Assembly: GCA_031392925.1 (NCBI GenBank)
Contig: JANMVV010000049.1
Location: forward strand, 36,835 to 100,834
Source of the DNA: Vicinamibacteria bacterium
GTDB taxonomy: Bacteria; Acidobacteriota; Vicinamibacteria; Fen-336; JAGNNV01
DNA: 64,000 bases
Direction of reading: 5' to 3'
The notes under the pieces: model-generated
Seen by the model: only the letters and a program-made list of their open reading frames with translations
What the model was told of the DNA's origin: nothing
Databases searched by the model: none
Shown: positions 22,292 to 31,361 of the stretch, in pieces
Position numbering within the stretch: the first letter of the stretch is position 1
Layout of the letters: the number at the start of each line of letters is the position of its first letter
Translations under genes and position numbers: made by a program

Positions 22292-23011
22292 CTATTCTGC
22301 GCGAGCCACCGTGATCGAACGAACCTCCCGCACTCCGTAGGCCAGCAAAGTCGCCGCGCACTCACGAAGGGTGGCCCCGGTCGTGGTCACGTCATCGACC
22401 AGAGTCACGGCGGCGCCCTTGAGGGTGAAATCGGAGCCGGCCGCGAAGGCGTTCCGGACATTCCGCCGCCGCTCGCCGGCCGAGAGGTCGGTCTGAGTCC
22501 TGGTGTTCCTGGTCCGGGCAAGACCGCTCGATACCCGCAGACCGCAGTCTCTGGCAAGCTCGCCTGCGAGCAGATGGGCCTGGTTGAATCCCCGGCGGCC
22601 TTCCCGGTCGGGATGGAGCGGTACCCCCACGAGCACGTCCGAGGCCTTCAGGATGCCCCGGCACCGCTCGCTTTTGAGGAGCCGGACGGCGAGTCGCGCC
22701 GCGGTCTTGTGCCGACCGCGGTACTTGAGAGCGACCACGCAAGCACGCAGCGGACCGGCGTAGGCTCCGAGGGAAACGCCCTCCAGGATTGGAGAACGGC
22801 CCCGCCGGCAGCGCCCGCAGTCTTCGCCCTCAGAACCCGGCAGAGGAGAACCGCAGCGGCATTGGGGCCCGGTGATCAGGGGAAGACTGTCCCAGCACTT
22901 CTGGCACAGGGGCGGGTCGTGGGCGGAAACCAGATCTCCGCACGAAACGCAGCCCGTGGGGAACAAGGCGCCCGCCAGGGCGTCACAGGTCCTTGTCCAG
23001 AAGAGAGTCAA
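22292..23011 (-). CDS. comF: ComF-family phosphoribosyltransferase-domain protein
   Basis: 239 aa (TTG start). N-terminal Cys4 zinc-finger pattern (CVSCG...CQKCW). C-terminal PRTase motif VTLVDDVTTTGATL. Confidence 0.85.
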   Translation of the reverse strand: MTLFWTRTCDALAGALFPTGCVSCGDLVSAHDPPLCQKCWDSLPLITGPQCRCGSPLPGSEGEDCGRCRRGRSPILEGVSLGAYAGPLRACVVALKYRGRHKTAARLAVRLLKSERCRGILKASDVLVGVPLHPDREGRRGFNQAHLLAGELARDCGLRVSSGLARTRNTRTQTDLSAGERRRNVRNAFAAGSDFTLKGAAVTLVDDVTTTGATLRECAATLLAYGVREVRSITVARAE

Positions 23012-23023
23012 TCCAGCCGCTTT

Positions 23024-23377
23024 CTAGATGATGCCGGCTTCAATCTTCTCCTGGCAGCTCAGGCAATGCTTGGCCCAGGGAACCGCCTCGAGGCGCTTGC
23101 GCTCGACGTCGTCACCGCACACGATGCACGCCCCAAAACGCTTCTCGTCGATCCGGACGATGGCGTCGTCGATCATCTGAATCTCGTCGCGCTCCTTGTT
23201 CGAGAGGCTGAACAGGAACTCCTTGGTGTAGGAATTGGCGGCTTTGTCGACCGGGTCATGGGAAACGTCGGAGTCGACCTGCTTGCCTTGCGAGCGAGTC
23301 TTGTCATATCCCTTCGTTATGTCGGTCTTCTGATCGACGAGGCGCTTCCGATAAAGCTTCAGCGTCTTTGTGTCCAT
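23024..23377 (-). CDS. dksA: DksA/TraR-family C4 zinc-finger RNA polymerase-binding factor
   Basis: The internal ATG at 23377 gives a 117-aa protein. Coiled-coil tip DPVDKA (DxxDxA as in DksA). CIVCG-x17-CLSCQ zinc finger. Colinear with E. coli DksA ...DPADRA...FGYCESCG...CIDCK. Confidence 0.85.
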   Translation of the reverse strand: MDTKTLKLYRKRLVDQKTDITKGYDKTRSQGKQVDSDVSHDPVDKAANSYTKEFLFSLSNKERDEIQMIDDAIVRIDEKRFGACIVCGDDVERKRLEAVPWAKHCLSCQEKIEAGII

Positions 23378-23430
23378 GTCCGATCTTCTCTCCTTGATCT
23401 TCGTCTTTCCACCACGACCCGCGTGATCGA

Positions 23431-24369
23431 TCACGCGATTCCAAATCGCTTGCATTTCTCCCAGAGGGACTTGCGCGAGATGCCCAGCGTTTTCGCGGCA
23501 TCCGCCTTTGTCCCCTCCGAGTGTTCGAGCACCCACAGGATGTAAACGCGTTCCAGTTCCTTCAGGGTTGGCTGTTGGGAATGGAGCGAACGCAAGACAG
23601 TATCAGCACTCAGCATGTGTTTGGGCAGGGACGAGGCCTCGAGGAGGCCGTCGCCATCATGCCGCAGGATGGCCCGCTCGATCGCCGACTGCAGTTCACG
23701 CACGTTTCCCGGCCACGGATAGGCGGAGAGGATCTGCCCCGCCGCCTCCGAGAAACCCGAGGCCAAAGTCTTCTTTCGTCGTCGCTCCGAGGCCAGGAAG
23801 GCGGTGGCCAAAGGCAGAATGTCTTCGACGCGCTCCCGCAGCGGCGGAATGGGAATCGTGATCACGCACAAGCGGTGGTAGAGATCGTCCCGGAACGTCC
23901 CCAGGGCGATGGCCTCCTTGAGCGATCCACGTGAGGTAGCCACGAAACGAACGTCCACCGGTCTCGCGACGCTGTCTCCGAGACGTTGAATCGTTCCGTC
24001 CTCGATGGCCCGAAGGAGTTTGGCCTGGATTGAAAGGGCCAGGTCCTCGACGTGATCGAGAACCAGAGTACCGCCGTTCGCCCGTTCCAGCCGTCCGCTC
24101 TGTGCCTCGAACGCATGGGTGAAGGCGCCGCGGGCGTGGCCGAAGAACTCCGAGTCGGCGAGAGACTCCGCGATGGCCCCGCAGGACAGAACCTCGTAGG
24201 GCCCCTCCCGTCGAGGGCTCAAATCATGCAGGGCCTCCGCGATCCGGCCCTTGCCGGAGCCGGTTTCACCCTCGATCACCACGGGCGCCGATGCGGCCGC
24301 CACCCGCGGCAGCCACGACGCCAGGTCCCGCATGGCCTTCGAGACGGCGATCAGGGGCTCTGGGTTCAA
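23431..24369 (-). CDS. Sigma-54-dependent enhancer-binding protein (AAA+ plus Fis-type HTH) without N-terminal regulatory domain
   Basis: The proposed TTG start at 24369 overlaps the rsfS stop (TTGA). LNPEPLIAVSKAMRDL runs straight into Walker A GETGSGKG. GAFTGA-like loop GAFTHA (24112-24129). Walker B GGTLVLDHVEDL. FRDDLYHRL, PPLRERVEDI, C-terminal HTH AAKTLGISRKSLWEKCKRFGI. The 38 residues upstream in the track ORF are Arg/Pro-rich and overlap rsfS. Confidence 0.85.
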   Translation of the reverse strand: MNPEPLIAVSKAMRDLASWLPRVAAASAPVVIEGETGSGKGRIAEALHDLSPRREGPYEVLSCGAIAESLADSEFFGHARGAFTHAFEAQSGRLERANGGTLVLDHVEDLALSIQAKLLRAIEDGTIQRLGDSVARPVDVRFVATSRGSLKEAIALGTFRDDLYHRLCVITIPIPPLRERVEDILPLATAFLASERRRKKTLASGFSEAAGQILSAYPWPGNVRELQSAIERAILRHDGDGLLEASSLPKHMLSADTVLRSLHSQQPTLKELERVYILWVLEHSEGTKADAAKTLGISRKSLWEKCKRFGIA

Positions 24370-24710
24370 TCCTTGACCTCTTCGCGCTTGGCACCGCCCC
24401 ACAGGCGTTCGAGGTCGTAGAACTCTCGGCTCTTGGGTGTGAACACGTGAACCACGAACGGGCCGTAGTCCATCAGGATCCATTCCCGCCGCGGGTAACC
24501 CTCGAGATGCCGGGGCTTCACCCCTTCGAGGCGAAGCTTGTCCTCGATGGCGTCGACGATGGCCACGACCTGCCGCTGGTTGCGGCCGGTGGCGATGGTG
24601 AATCCATCCGCCAGTCCCGAGCCTGCCGAAAGCTCGAGTATGACGACATCTTCCGCCTGTTTAGCGAGCGCCGCCTTCGCGGCGGTTCGACAGTACGCAA
24701 TGGCGTTCAC
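24366..24710 (-). CDS. rsfS: Ribosomal silencing factor RsfS
   Basis: 114 aa. DUF143/RsfS pattern (DVVILEL...ADGFTIATGRNQRQVVAI...WILMDYGPFVVHVFTPKSREFYDLERLW). GTG start overlaps the nadD stop (GTGA). Confidence 0.92.
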   Translation of the reverse strand: MNAIAYCRTAAKAALAKQAEDVVILELSAGSGLADGFTIATGRNQRQVVAIVDAIEDKLRLEGVKPRHLEGYPRREWILMDYGPFVVHVFTPKSREFYDLERLWGGAKREEVKD

Positions 24711-25267
24711 TTGTAAAGGCCTTTCTCCTCGATGTAGAGCCGCACCGATTCGGGAGTGAGATAGCGAATGGACCTCGACGCCTTGACCGCGTCACGTATG
24801 TCCGTCGACGAAATGGCCAGCCCCTCGAAGGGAACGGCGGCCGAATCCCGGGCTCGATCCCCCGGCCGGCCCAGCACGCGAACTTCAGCCAACCGCCGGA
24901 CTTCAGCACTCTCCCGCCACGCGTCGAGGCCCGCGGCCGCATCCGAGCCGAGGATCAAAGTGAAGCAGGCTTGCGGCGAGCGCGCGGTGAGGTTTTTTAG
25001 GGTGTCCACGGTGTAGCTCGGCGGCTCCCGCTCAAGCTCGCAGCCTTCGACGGCCAGAGCGGGGTTGCCTTCGACCGCGAGGTCCAGCATCGCGCGCCGA
25101 TCCTCCCCAGACGCGGCGCACGGGCCCTTGAAAGGGGATTGGCGCGCGGGGACGAGTCGCACCTCCTGGAGTTCGAAGGCCTCGATGGCCCACTGCGCCG
25201 CCCGAAGATGGCCGTAGTGAACCGGGTCGAACGAGCCGCCGAGGAGACCGACGCGACGGAGACTCAT
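24707..25267 (-). CDS. nadD: Nicotinate-nucleotide adenylyltransferase
   Basis: 186 aa. GLLGGSFDPVHYGHL (GxFxPxHxGH). Its ATG overlaps the obg stop (ATGA). Confidence 0.93.
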   Translation of the reverse strand: MSLRRVGLLGGSFDPVHYGHLRAAQWAIEAFELQEVRLVPARQSPFKGPCAASGEDRRAMLDLAVEGNPALAVEGCELEREPPSYTVDTLKNLTARSPQACFTLILGSDAAAGLDAWRESAEVRRLAEVRVLGRPGDRARDSAAVPFEGLAISSTDIRDAVKASRSIRYLTPESVRLYIEEKGLYK

Positions 25268-26274
25268 GCTTCCTCCCGTGGCGTCTGCAGCATGGAAGCG
25301 AGGCGCCGGACGAGCTCCTTCAAGCCGTGGCCGGTGGCCGCGGAAATTTCGAAAATCTCCAGGCCCTCCCGCTTCGCAATCGCCTGGATGGAGGGCAGCG
25401 GATCCTCGTCTTCGTGGACCAGGTCCCGCTTGCTGGCCACGATCACGCGCGGACGGCCGGCGAGTGCGGTGGAGAACGCGTTGAGCTCGCGGCAGATGGT
25501 TTCGTAGTCCGAGGTCGCGTCCCGGCCGGAAAGGCCGGAGGCATCGATCACGTGCGCGAGCACGCGCGTTCGCTCGATGTGCCTCAGGAAATCGAGGCCG
25601 AGACCGGAACCGGTGGAAGCGCCTTCGATGATTCCGGGCACGTCGGCCACCACGAAATCGTAGTCATCGAAGGACGCCATGCCGAGAACCGGACTCAGGG
25701 TGGTGAACGGGTAGTCCGCGATCTTGGGCTTGGCCGCGGAAATCTTCGAGAGCAGCGTCGACTTTCCCGCGTTGGGGAGACCGACGAGACCCACGTCGGC
25801 GAGGAGCTTGAGGTCGAGACGGAGCCAGTGCTCCTCTCCGGCTTCTCCGGGGTCGGCGTTTCTGGGCGCACGATTCATGTTCGAGAGATAGCTCTTGTTG
25901 CCGCGACCGCCGCGACCGCCCTTGGCGATGAGAAGCTCTTCGCCGTCGGCGACGACCTCGCCCATGACGACGTCGCTACCCTCTTCACGAACGATGGTTC
26001 CGAGGGGCACGTCGATGAGCGTGTCCTGGGCATCGCGGCCGGTCCGGTTGCTCGGGCCTCCGTGACCTCCGCGCTTGGCGCGGAATTCGGTGTGGAATCG
26101 AAGCTGAAGCAGCGTGTTCTGGTTCACCCGGCCGACCAGAATAACGTCTCCACCGGATCCGCCGTTGCCGCCATCCGGCCCGCCCATGGGGACGAAGGTC
26201 TCCCGACGGAAGCTCGAGCAGCCGCGACCGCCGTCACCGCCTTTTACGAAAATCTTGACGCGGTCGACGAACAC
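25264..26274 (-). CDS. obg: GTPase Obg/CgtA
   Basis: 336 aa. Gly-rich Obg fold MFVDRVKIFVKGGDGGRGCSSFRRE. G1 GLPNAGKSTLL. G3 DVPGIIEGAS. Confidence 0.96.
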   Translation of the reverse strand: MFVDRVKIFVKGGDGGRGCSSFRRETFVPMGGPDGGNGGSGGDVILVGRVNQNTLLQLRFHTEFRAKRGGHGGPSNRTGRDAQDTLIDVPLGTIVREEGSDVVMGEVVADGEELLIAKGGRGGRGNKSYLSNMNRAPRNADPGEAGEEHWLRLDLKLLADVGLVGLPNAGKSTLLSKISAAKPKIADYPFTTLSPVLGMASFDDYDFVVADVPGIIEGASTGSGLGLDFLRHIERTRVLAHVIDASGLSGRDATSDYETICRELNAFSTALAGRPRVIVASKRDLVHEDEDPLPSIQAIAKREGLEIFEISAATGHGLKELVRRLASMLQTPREEA

Positions 26275-26340
26275 TATCTAAACCAGGACCGGGGGAGCTC
26301 TATGCCCTCGGGTGAGGGTTTGCGGCGCTCCGGAAAGCGC

Positions 26341-26601
26341 TTACGCCTCGGCCGGGACGATGCTGATGAATTTCCCGCGGCCGCCATGATCCTCGAAACG
26401 AACATGGCCGCTCACCTTGGCGAAGACGCTATGGTCTTTCGCGAGCCCGGCGTTCTTGCCGGCCTTGAAACCGGTGCCCTTCTGGCGCACGATGATGCTG
26501 CCGCCCGACACCAGTTCGCCGCCGAAGGCCTTCACGCCGAGGCGCTGCGAATTGGAGTCGCGCCCGTTGCGGGATGATCCGCCGCCTTTATTGGTAGCCA
26601 T
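26341..26601 (-). CDS. rpmA: 50S ribosomal protein L27
   Basis: 86 aa, [28 protein letters not shown].... Confidence 0.96.
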   Translation of the reverse strand: MATNKGGGSSRNGRDSNSQRLGVKAFGGELVSGGSIIVRQKGTGFKAGKNAGLAKDHSVFAKVSGHVRFEDHGGRGKFISIVPAEA

Positions 26602-26615
26602 ATCTGCGGTGCTCC

Positions 26616-26927
26616 TTAGGCCGAAACGCCGTCAACGAGGACGGTGGTGAGGTATTGACGGTGGCCGCGGGTCTTCTTGTAGTGCTTGCGGTGCTTGAAC
26701 TTGAACACCCGGACCTTGGTGTCGCGAATCTGCGCGACCACGGTGGCGCTCACCGAGGCGCCGGAAACCGGGTTACCGGCCGTAACACCCGCATCGGTGC
26801 TGACGAGGAGCACATCCGAGAACGTGATCTTGTCGCCGACATTGCTGGTAAGCCGATCGACCTGAAGCTTCGCCCCAGGTTCGGCACGGTACTGTTTTCC
26901 GCCGGAGCGGACAATTGCGTAAACCAA
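26616..26927 (-). CDS. rplU: 50S ribosomal protein L21
   Basis: 103 aa, [18 protein letters not shown].... Directly upstream of rpmA. Confidence 0.96.
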   Translation of the reverse strand: MVYAIVRSGGKQYRAEPGAKLQVDRLTSNVGDKITFSDVLLVSTDAGVTAGNPVSGASVSATVVAQIRDTKVRVFKFKHRKHYKKTRGHRQYLTTVLVDGVSA

Positions 26928-27024
26928 GGTGGCCTCCGTCTAGACCCGAAATAGAGCCGTTGATTCTACCTCAAGCGGCGTTTCCCCGGGGACACCGGCT
27001 CGGATTTGGCGTTCAGCCCAGGCT

Positions 27025-29970
27025 CTAGAAGTCGTACCCGATCCAGAACTGGAAGCGCGGAGAGGTGCTTCGGACCTTGAGATCGGTGAGCCAGCTCCAG
27101 TCGAAGTGCATCGGCATGCCGAGGAGGAAGGCCTGAATGCCGACACCAAACGAGGCCCGTCCGTCCACCAGCCGTCGGCCATCGACCGCCTGTCCGAAGA
27201 GCGGATCGTTCACGTAAGAGACCCCGGGGCCCGTGGTCGAGAAGGTAAAGGGCTCACCCGGGTAGTGCGCGCCGCCAACGTTTCCAAACAGGGTGCCGCG
27301 CACCGGGCCGAGCACGCCGATGGGGGTGGCCATGAGGTCGATCAGCGGAATACGCAGCTCGGCGCCGGCAAAGAAACCCTCGGACCCTACGAAGGAGCGA
27401 TAGTCATAGCCCCGCATTTCCATGTTTCCGCCAAAGGCGAAGAGCTGCGGCTGATCTCCCTTGGACGAATACGCGCGCACGCGGGTGGCCAGAAGCATGG
27501 AGGTCCCCGGAACCCGCAGGTACTTGCGGGCGTCGAAATCGACGGTCCTTCGAGAGAGGAATGAACTGACCCCGGGGGAGTACTCGAATCGGAGATTGAC
27601 GGTGGAACCCGCCAGAGGCCCGAACTCGCGGAAGCGCGTGGTCTCCCGGGTGTAGCCAATCGTGAGAGGGAGAGTGGAGCCATCGTAGATTGGGACCTGC
27701 CCGACGGCCGCGGCCTGTTGTTGGATCTGGATCTGCACGGTCGGATCCTGATAATCGGTCTTGATCCTGGTGTAGCCGGCCGAGAACTGGATGCGGTTGA
27801 ACTTGTTGAGGGGATAAACGGCAAAGCCGGCGGCGCCCGTGTACCGTTCGGTGGCAAGCGCGCCGGCTCGGGTGTAGCTGGCCGAATACAGCGACGGGAA
27901 GTAGTAGACGGTGAAATCGGAGCCGATGACCCCCCAGTTCCAGCGGCCAGAGAGGTTCGAATACTGGCCCGAGTAGTTCCGGTAGTCTCGAACCGATTCC
28001 ACGGTGAACAGGAAGCTCTGATCGCCCAGGACATCGGTGAGTGCTATCTGCGATCCTCCGAAGAAGTCGCCGTTTGAAGTGACTCCAACGTTCAACGGGG
28101 GGCGTCCCTCGAGATACAGACCCTCGAACAGCCGCTTTCGCCGCTTGTTCTCCGCCACCACCTGGTGAGTCACATCGGGCTGAAAGTCCACGACCTCGGC
28201 CGGAGCGGAGGAAGCCTGTTCCACCTCCTTGGTCTGTTCCGTGGGATCGAGGGTGTAGAGCTGGTAGGCGCCCTTGAAGTAGCTGATGAAGCCGACCCGA
28301 TCGCCCAGGGAAGTCTTGAGCGGCGCGGGCGCCATGTTCCCACCCATGGTGTCGGTGAACTGTCTGATCACTCCGGTCTTGATGTCGATGCTCCGGAGGT
28401 TGTAGATCCCGTCATCCTCGTTCGAGGAATAGAAGACTTCCGAGCCATCGCTCGAGAAATAGGGAGACATGTCCGCGAAAGGACCGTAGGTGAGGTCGAT
28501 CCGGCGCGACGGGTTGCCGAGCGGAAACATCACGATCTTGTAGTTGCCGCTGACCCTTCGGTTGTAGACCACCAGCGTTCCGTCCGGCGAGATCCGGGGA
28601 TTCGCGTCGAAGAACCCATCGTTGGTGAGGTTCTTGTACTCACCGGTCTCCAGGTTCATGAGGTAGATGTCGGCCACGCCCTCCTTGGTGGCGGCGAAGA
28701 GAACCTGCTTTCCGTTGGGAAGGATGCAAGGGGATTCCACCTCATCGAGATCGATCGGTAACTTCTTCACCACATCACCCGAGAGTGGCGAGACCAGGAA
28801 CAGGCTCCGCCTCTTGCCCGTCCGTCCGACGAAGGCAACCACATCGCCCTTCGGCGAGAAGTCGATGGTCCGTCCGGTCACGAAATTCTCGCCGGGGAAG
28901 GTGACGCCCTCGTATTTCCCGGTGTAGCCCTTGGTGAGATTCTTCACCACCGCCCCGTCCTTGGCTGACAGCATGACGATGTCGGCCTCGCCGTCGTTTC
29001 GATTGCCGGTGACGGCGGCGACCAGCTCGCCCGACGGAGAAGGCGCAAAGGCGTACACCTGAGAAAAGGATGTCTTCTCCGGATCCGGGGAGATCTCGGT
29101 GCCGTAGTCGGTGGGCCGCTGACGGTCGCGGAACGGCTTGAAACGTTCCTTGATCCATTTCACGAAAGCCTCGTCGAACTCCTTCGGCGTCAGCCGGAAC
29201 GCCTGCTGATAGATGCTGTCCTCGGAGGTGGTGACGATGCTCTTACGCAAGGTGTACATGAACTGACGGATTCCCTCCTTGCCGAACCGGGCGGCCATGA
29301 AGTCGAAGGTGGCATGGCCGAGGTTGTAGTCGGTCCTTCCGCCTGCCACTTCCAGTTTCGACATGCGCGGCACCTGATCGTTCAAGGCGGCGTCGCGCAC
29401 GGTCATCAGGTCGTGGGAGTCCCATTCGCCGCGCATGTAGTCGGCGAGACCTTCCCCGACCCACAGCGGGGTGCTGCGCGAGAAGATGCCCTGGGGAATC
29501 AGGTCGAACTCGAAAACGTGCGTGAGTTCATGAGTGATGAGGCCCTGAAGCCGGTCCGGCGCGCCGTCCGCGGGGATGACCATCCGGTTGCGGACGGGCT
29601 CGGTGAACGCCTGCACCTGTTCAGGGATGAAGTCCGGGTAGAGGTTCGTCTGCTCGAACTCGGAATGGGTCTTGTAGAAGACCACGGGAATCGACGACTG
29701 GATCTCGTGCTTGAGCTCGGAGGAAACGTGCTGGTACGCGCTCTCGAGGTACGAGACCAGCCGCGCCAGGTGTTGTTCGAACTCCGGGTAGTAATACACC
29801 TCGAAGTGCGGGCTCTTGTAGACCCGCCAGGCGAACCGGTCGTAGTTCACCTTGTTCTTGCCGAAGTAGGGGATGTACTGAGCGAAGGCGACGGGGGCGG
29901 CGAGCGTCGCGATCAGCCCGAGGGTAAGGAGATAGCAAGATCGTTTCATGAGGGGGCGGGTCATGGTCAT
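27025..29970 (-). CDS. Chimeric outer-membrane protein: HEXXH metallopeptidase-like domain + PD40/TolB-like beta-propeller + Omp85 (surface-antigen) beta-barrel
   Basis: 981 aa. Signal peptide ...APVAFA-QY. HELTH at 29518-29532 followed by GEGLADY (peptidase-MA-like). PD40 repeats (FSPKGDVVAFV, ISPDGTLVVYN, FSSDGSEVFYSS). C-terminal FGGNMEMRGYDYRSFVGSEGFFAGAELRIPL and terminal ...FWIGYDF beta-signal. Confidence 0.85.
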   Translation of the reverse strand: MTMTRPLMKRSCYLLTLGLIATLAAPVAFAQYIPYFGKNKVNYDRFAWRVYKSPHFEVYYYPEFEQHLARLVSYLESAYQHVSSELKHEIQSSIPVVFYKTHSEFEQTNLYPDFIPEQVQAFTEPVRNRMVIPADGAPDRLQGLITHELTHVFEFDLIPQGIFSRSTPLWVGEGLADYMRGEWDSHDLMTVRDAALNDQVPRMSKLEVAGGRTDYNLGHATFDFMAARFGKEGIRQFMYTLRKSIVTTSEDSIYQQAFRLTPKEFDEAFVKWIKERFKPFRDRQRPTDYGTEISPDPEKTSFSQVYAFAPSPSGELVAAVTGNRNDGEADIVMLSAKDGAVVKNLTKGYTGKYEGVTFPGENFVTGRTIDFSPKGDVVAFVGRTGKRRSLFLVSPLSGDVVKKLPIDLDEVESPCILPNGKQVLFAATKEGVADIYLMNLETGEYKNLTNDGFFDANPRISPDGTLVVYNRRVSGNYKIVMFPLGNPSRRIDLTYGPFADMSPYFSSDGSEVFYSSNEDDGIYNLRSIDIKTGVIRQFTDTMGGNMAPAPLKTSLGDRVGFISYFKGAYQLYTLDPTEQTKEVEQASSAPAEVVDFQPDVTHQVVAENKRRKRLFEGLYLEGRPPLNVGVTSNGDFFGGSQIALTDVLGDQSFLFTVESVRDYRNYSGQYSNLSGRWNWGVIGSDFTVYYFPSLYSASYTRAGALATERYTGAAGFAVYPLNKFNRIQFSAGYTRIKTDYQDPTVQIQIQQQAAAVGQVPIYDGSTLPLTIGYTRETTRFREFGPLAGSTVNLRFEYSPGVSSFLSRRTVDFDARKYLRVPGTSMLLATRVRAYSSKGDQPQLFAFGGNMEMRGYDYRSFVGSEGFFAGAELRIPLIDLMATPIGVLGPVRGTLFGNVGGAHYPGEPFTFSTTGPGVSYVNDPLFGQAVDGRRLVDGRASFGVGIQAFLLGMPMHFDWSWLTDLKVRSTSPRFQFWIGYDF

Positions 29971-29986
29971 CCTCTAAGAGGCGGCA

Positions 29987-30739
29987 CTATGGCAGGAGAA
30001 CGCGGGTTCCCCGGATCTTCTGGGGCGCGATCACCCCAAGAAAATTCGGCAGGAGACGGTCCATGAGTTCGAAGTACGAGGACAGGGGTGACACCTTCTG
30101 CTCTTCGCCGTAGACGACTTCTTCGGAGAAACGCTCCTTGTGCAGAAGGCGGCCGGTGGCCCCGTCGATGAAGGAGAAATCGGCGGAGAGGTTGAAGGCC
30201 TTGCGCTCCGCGTATCGGTTTCCCTTCACCTCTCGCACGCGGCCGCGGTTGTCCCGGACGAGGGCCGAGTCCTGCTGGAATCCCGACCGATTCTGCTCCT
30301 CGAAAGCGAGCTTGCCGGTGACGATGAGCGGGTTCTGATACTCCTCGCCGAGCTTCCTCCAGAAAGCGCCGTCCTGAAGGAGCCGTTCTCCCTCGGCGCG
30401 GTACCGATCGCGGTCTTCGCGGGTAACCCGCACGTCCTCGGTCGGCTTGAATGCCTTCGCGAGGGCCTGGTTCAAGGGCGGCCGGTCGGGTTCGATCACC
30501 TGCAGTTTTGACGAGGAACGCAACTGGTTCTGGAGCAGCCGGGAGGTTTCGGGGGACAGCTCGATGCCCTCTTCGACGAGGTCGGTGACGAAGCCGGCCA
30601 CCAGAACCCGGCGGAATTTCGAGACATCCAGCTTCGACTTCAGAGGGGTTTCAATCGGAACCTCGAGCGAGCTGGCGCAACCCGGAACCAGGAGCGCCGC
30701 GCCCATCGCACCCGCCAGGAGACGAACATGCATTCTCAT
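29987..30739 (-). CDS. Hypothetical lipoprotein
   Basis: 250 aa. Lipobox ...ALLVPGC-ASS. Its ATG overlaps the upstream TPR gene stop (ATGA at 30736-30739). Vague LpoB/TolB-N-like alpha/beta pattern only. Confidence 0.75.
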   Translation of the reverse strand: MRMHVRLLAGAMGAALLVPGCASSLEVPIETPLKSKLDVSKFRRVLVAGFVTDLVEEGIELSPETSRLLQNQLRSSSKLQVIEPDRPPLNQALAKAFKPTEDVRVTREDRDRYRAEGERLLQDGAFWRKLGEEYQNPLIVTGKLAFEEQNRSGFQQDSALVRDNRGRVREVKGNRYAERKAFNLSADFSFIDGATGRLLHKERFSEEVVYGEEQKVSPLSSYFELMDRLLPNFLGVIAPQKIRGTRVLLP

Positions 30740-31179
30740 TGGCGGATCTCCGATCCTTGGCCCTTGGGGGCGGCGGGCGCCGGGGTGGGCGTCTCTTTCG
30801 GCTTGGGCGTCGCGTCTTTCTTCAGCTTCTTGTTTCTCTTTTCATCCGCCTCTCGAAACAGGTCGTAGTTCTGCTGAATCGAGACGTTCTTGGGTTGCAG
30901 TTGAAGGGCGCGTTCGTAGGCGGCTCGCGCCTTGTCGAAGTCGCCCTGCTGCTCGAGGGTGACGCCCAGGTTGTTGAAGGCCGAAGCGTACTCGGGGTTG
31001 AGAGCGGTCGCCTGCTCAAAACGGAATCGCGCCTCATGCCACAGTCCCCGCCGGGCCACGTCAATGCCGAACGCCACTTCTTTCTTGGCGTTCTTGTCAG
31101 CACTGTCGGCAGCCGAGGCCGGAAGCGAGGAGAAGAGGAGACAGGAGGCGAATGGAAGATAAAAGCGGAATCGCGTCAT
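30736..31179 (-). CDS. Secreted TPR-repeat protein with Lys-rich C-terminal tail
   Basis: The ATG at 31179 is preferred (AAGGAG 9 nt upstream; signal peptide MTRFRFYLPFASCLLFSSLPASA). TPR units (ATALNPEYASAFNNLGVTLEQQGDFDKARAAYERALQLQPKN). Confidence 0.8.
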   Translation of the reverse strand: MTRFRFYLPFASCLLFSSLPASAADSADKNAKKEVAFGIDVARRGLWHEARFRFEQATALNPEYASAFNNLGVTLEQQGDFDKARAAYERALQLQPKNVSIQQNYDLFREADEKRNKKLKKDATPKPKETPTPAPAAPKGQGSEIRQ

Positions 31180-31361
31180 CGGGAAGCGCTCCTTAATAGA
31201 GGATCCGATCATATTAAGTCACGGCTACACGCTCACAGCAAAAGATACGCCAGCGAACTCGGGGCGGACGCCGGGGTCCAGGGAAGCAGTTTGTCCGGTG
31301 GCGGGGACACTGGTTGACCGGGAGAGGACGGCCGGCCGTCCACGGGCCCGAAGGGGGCGGC

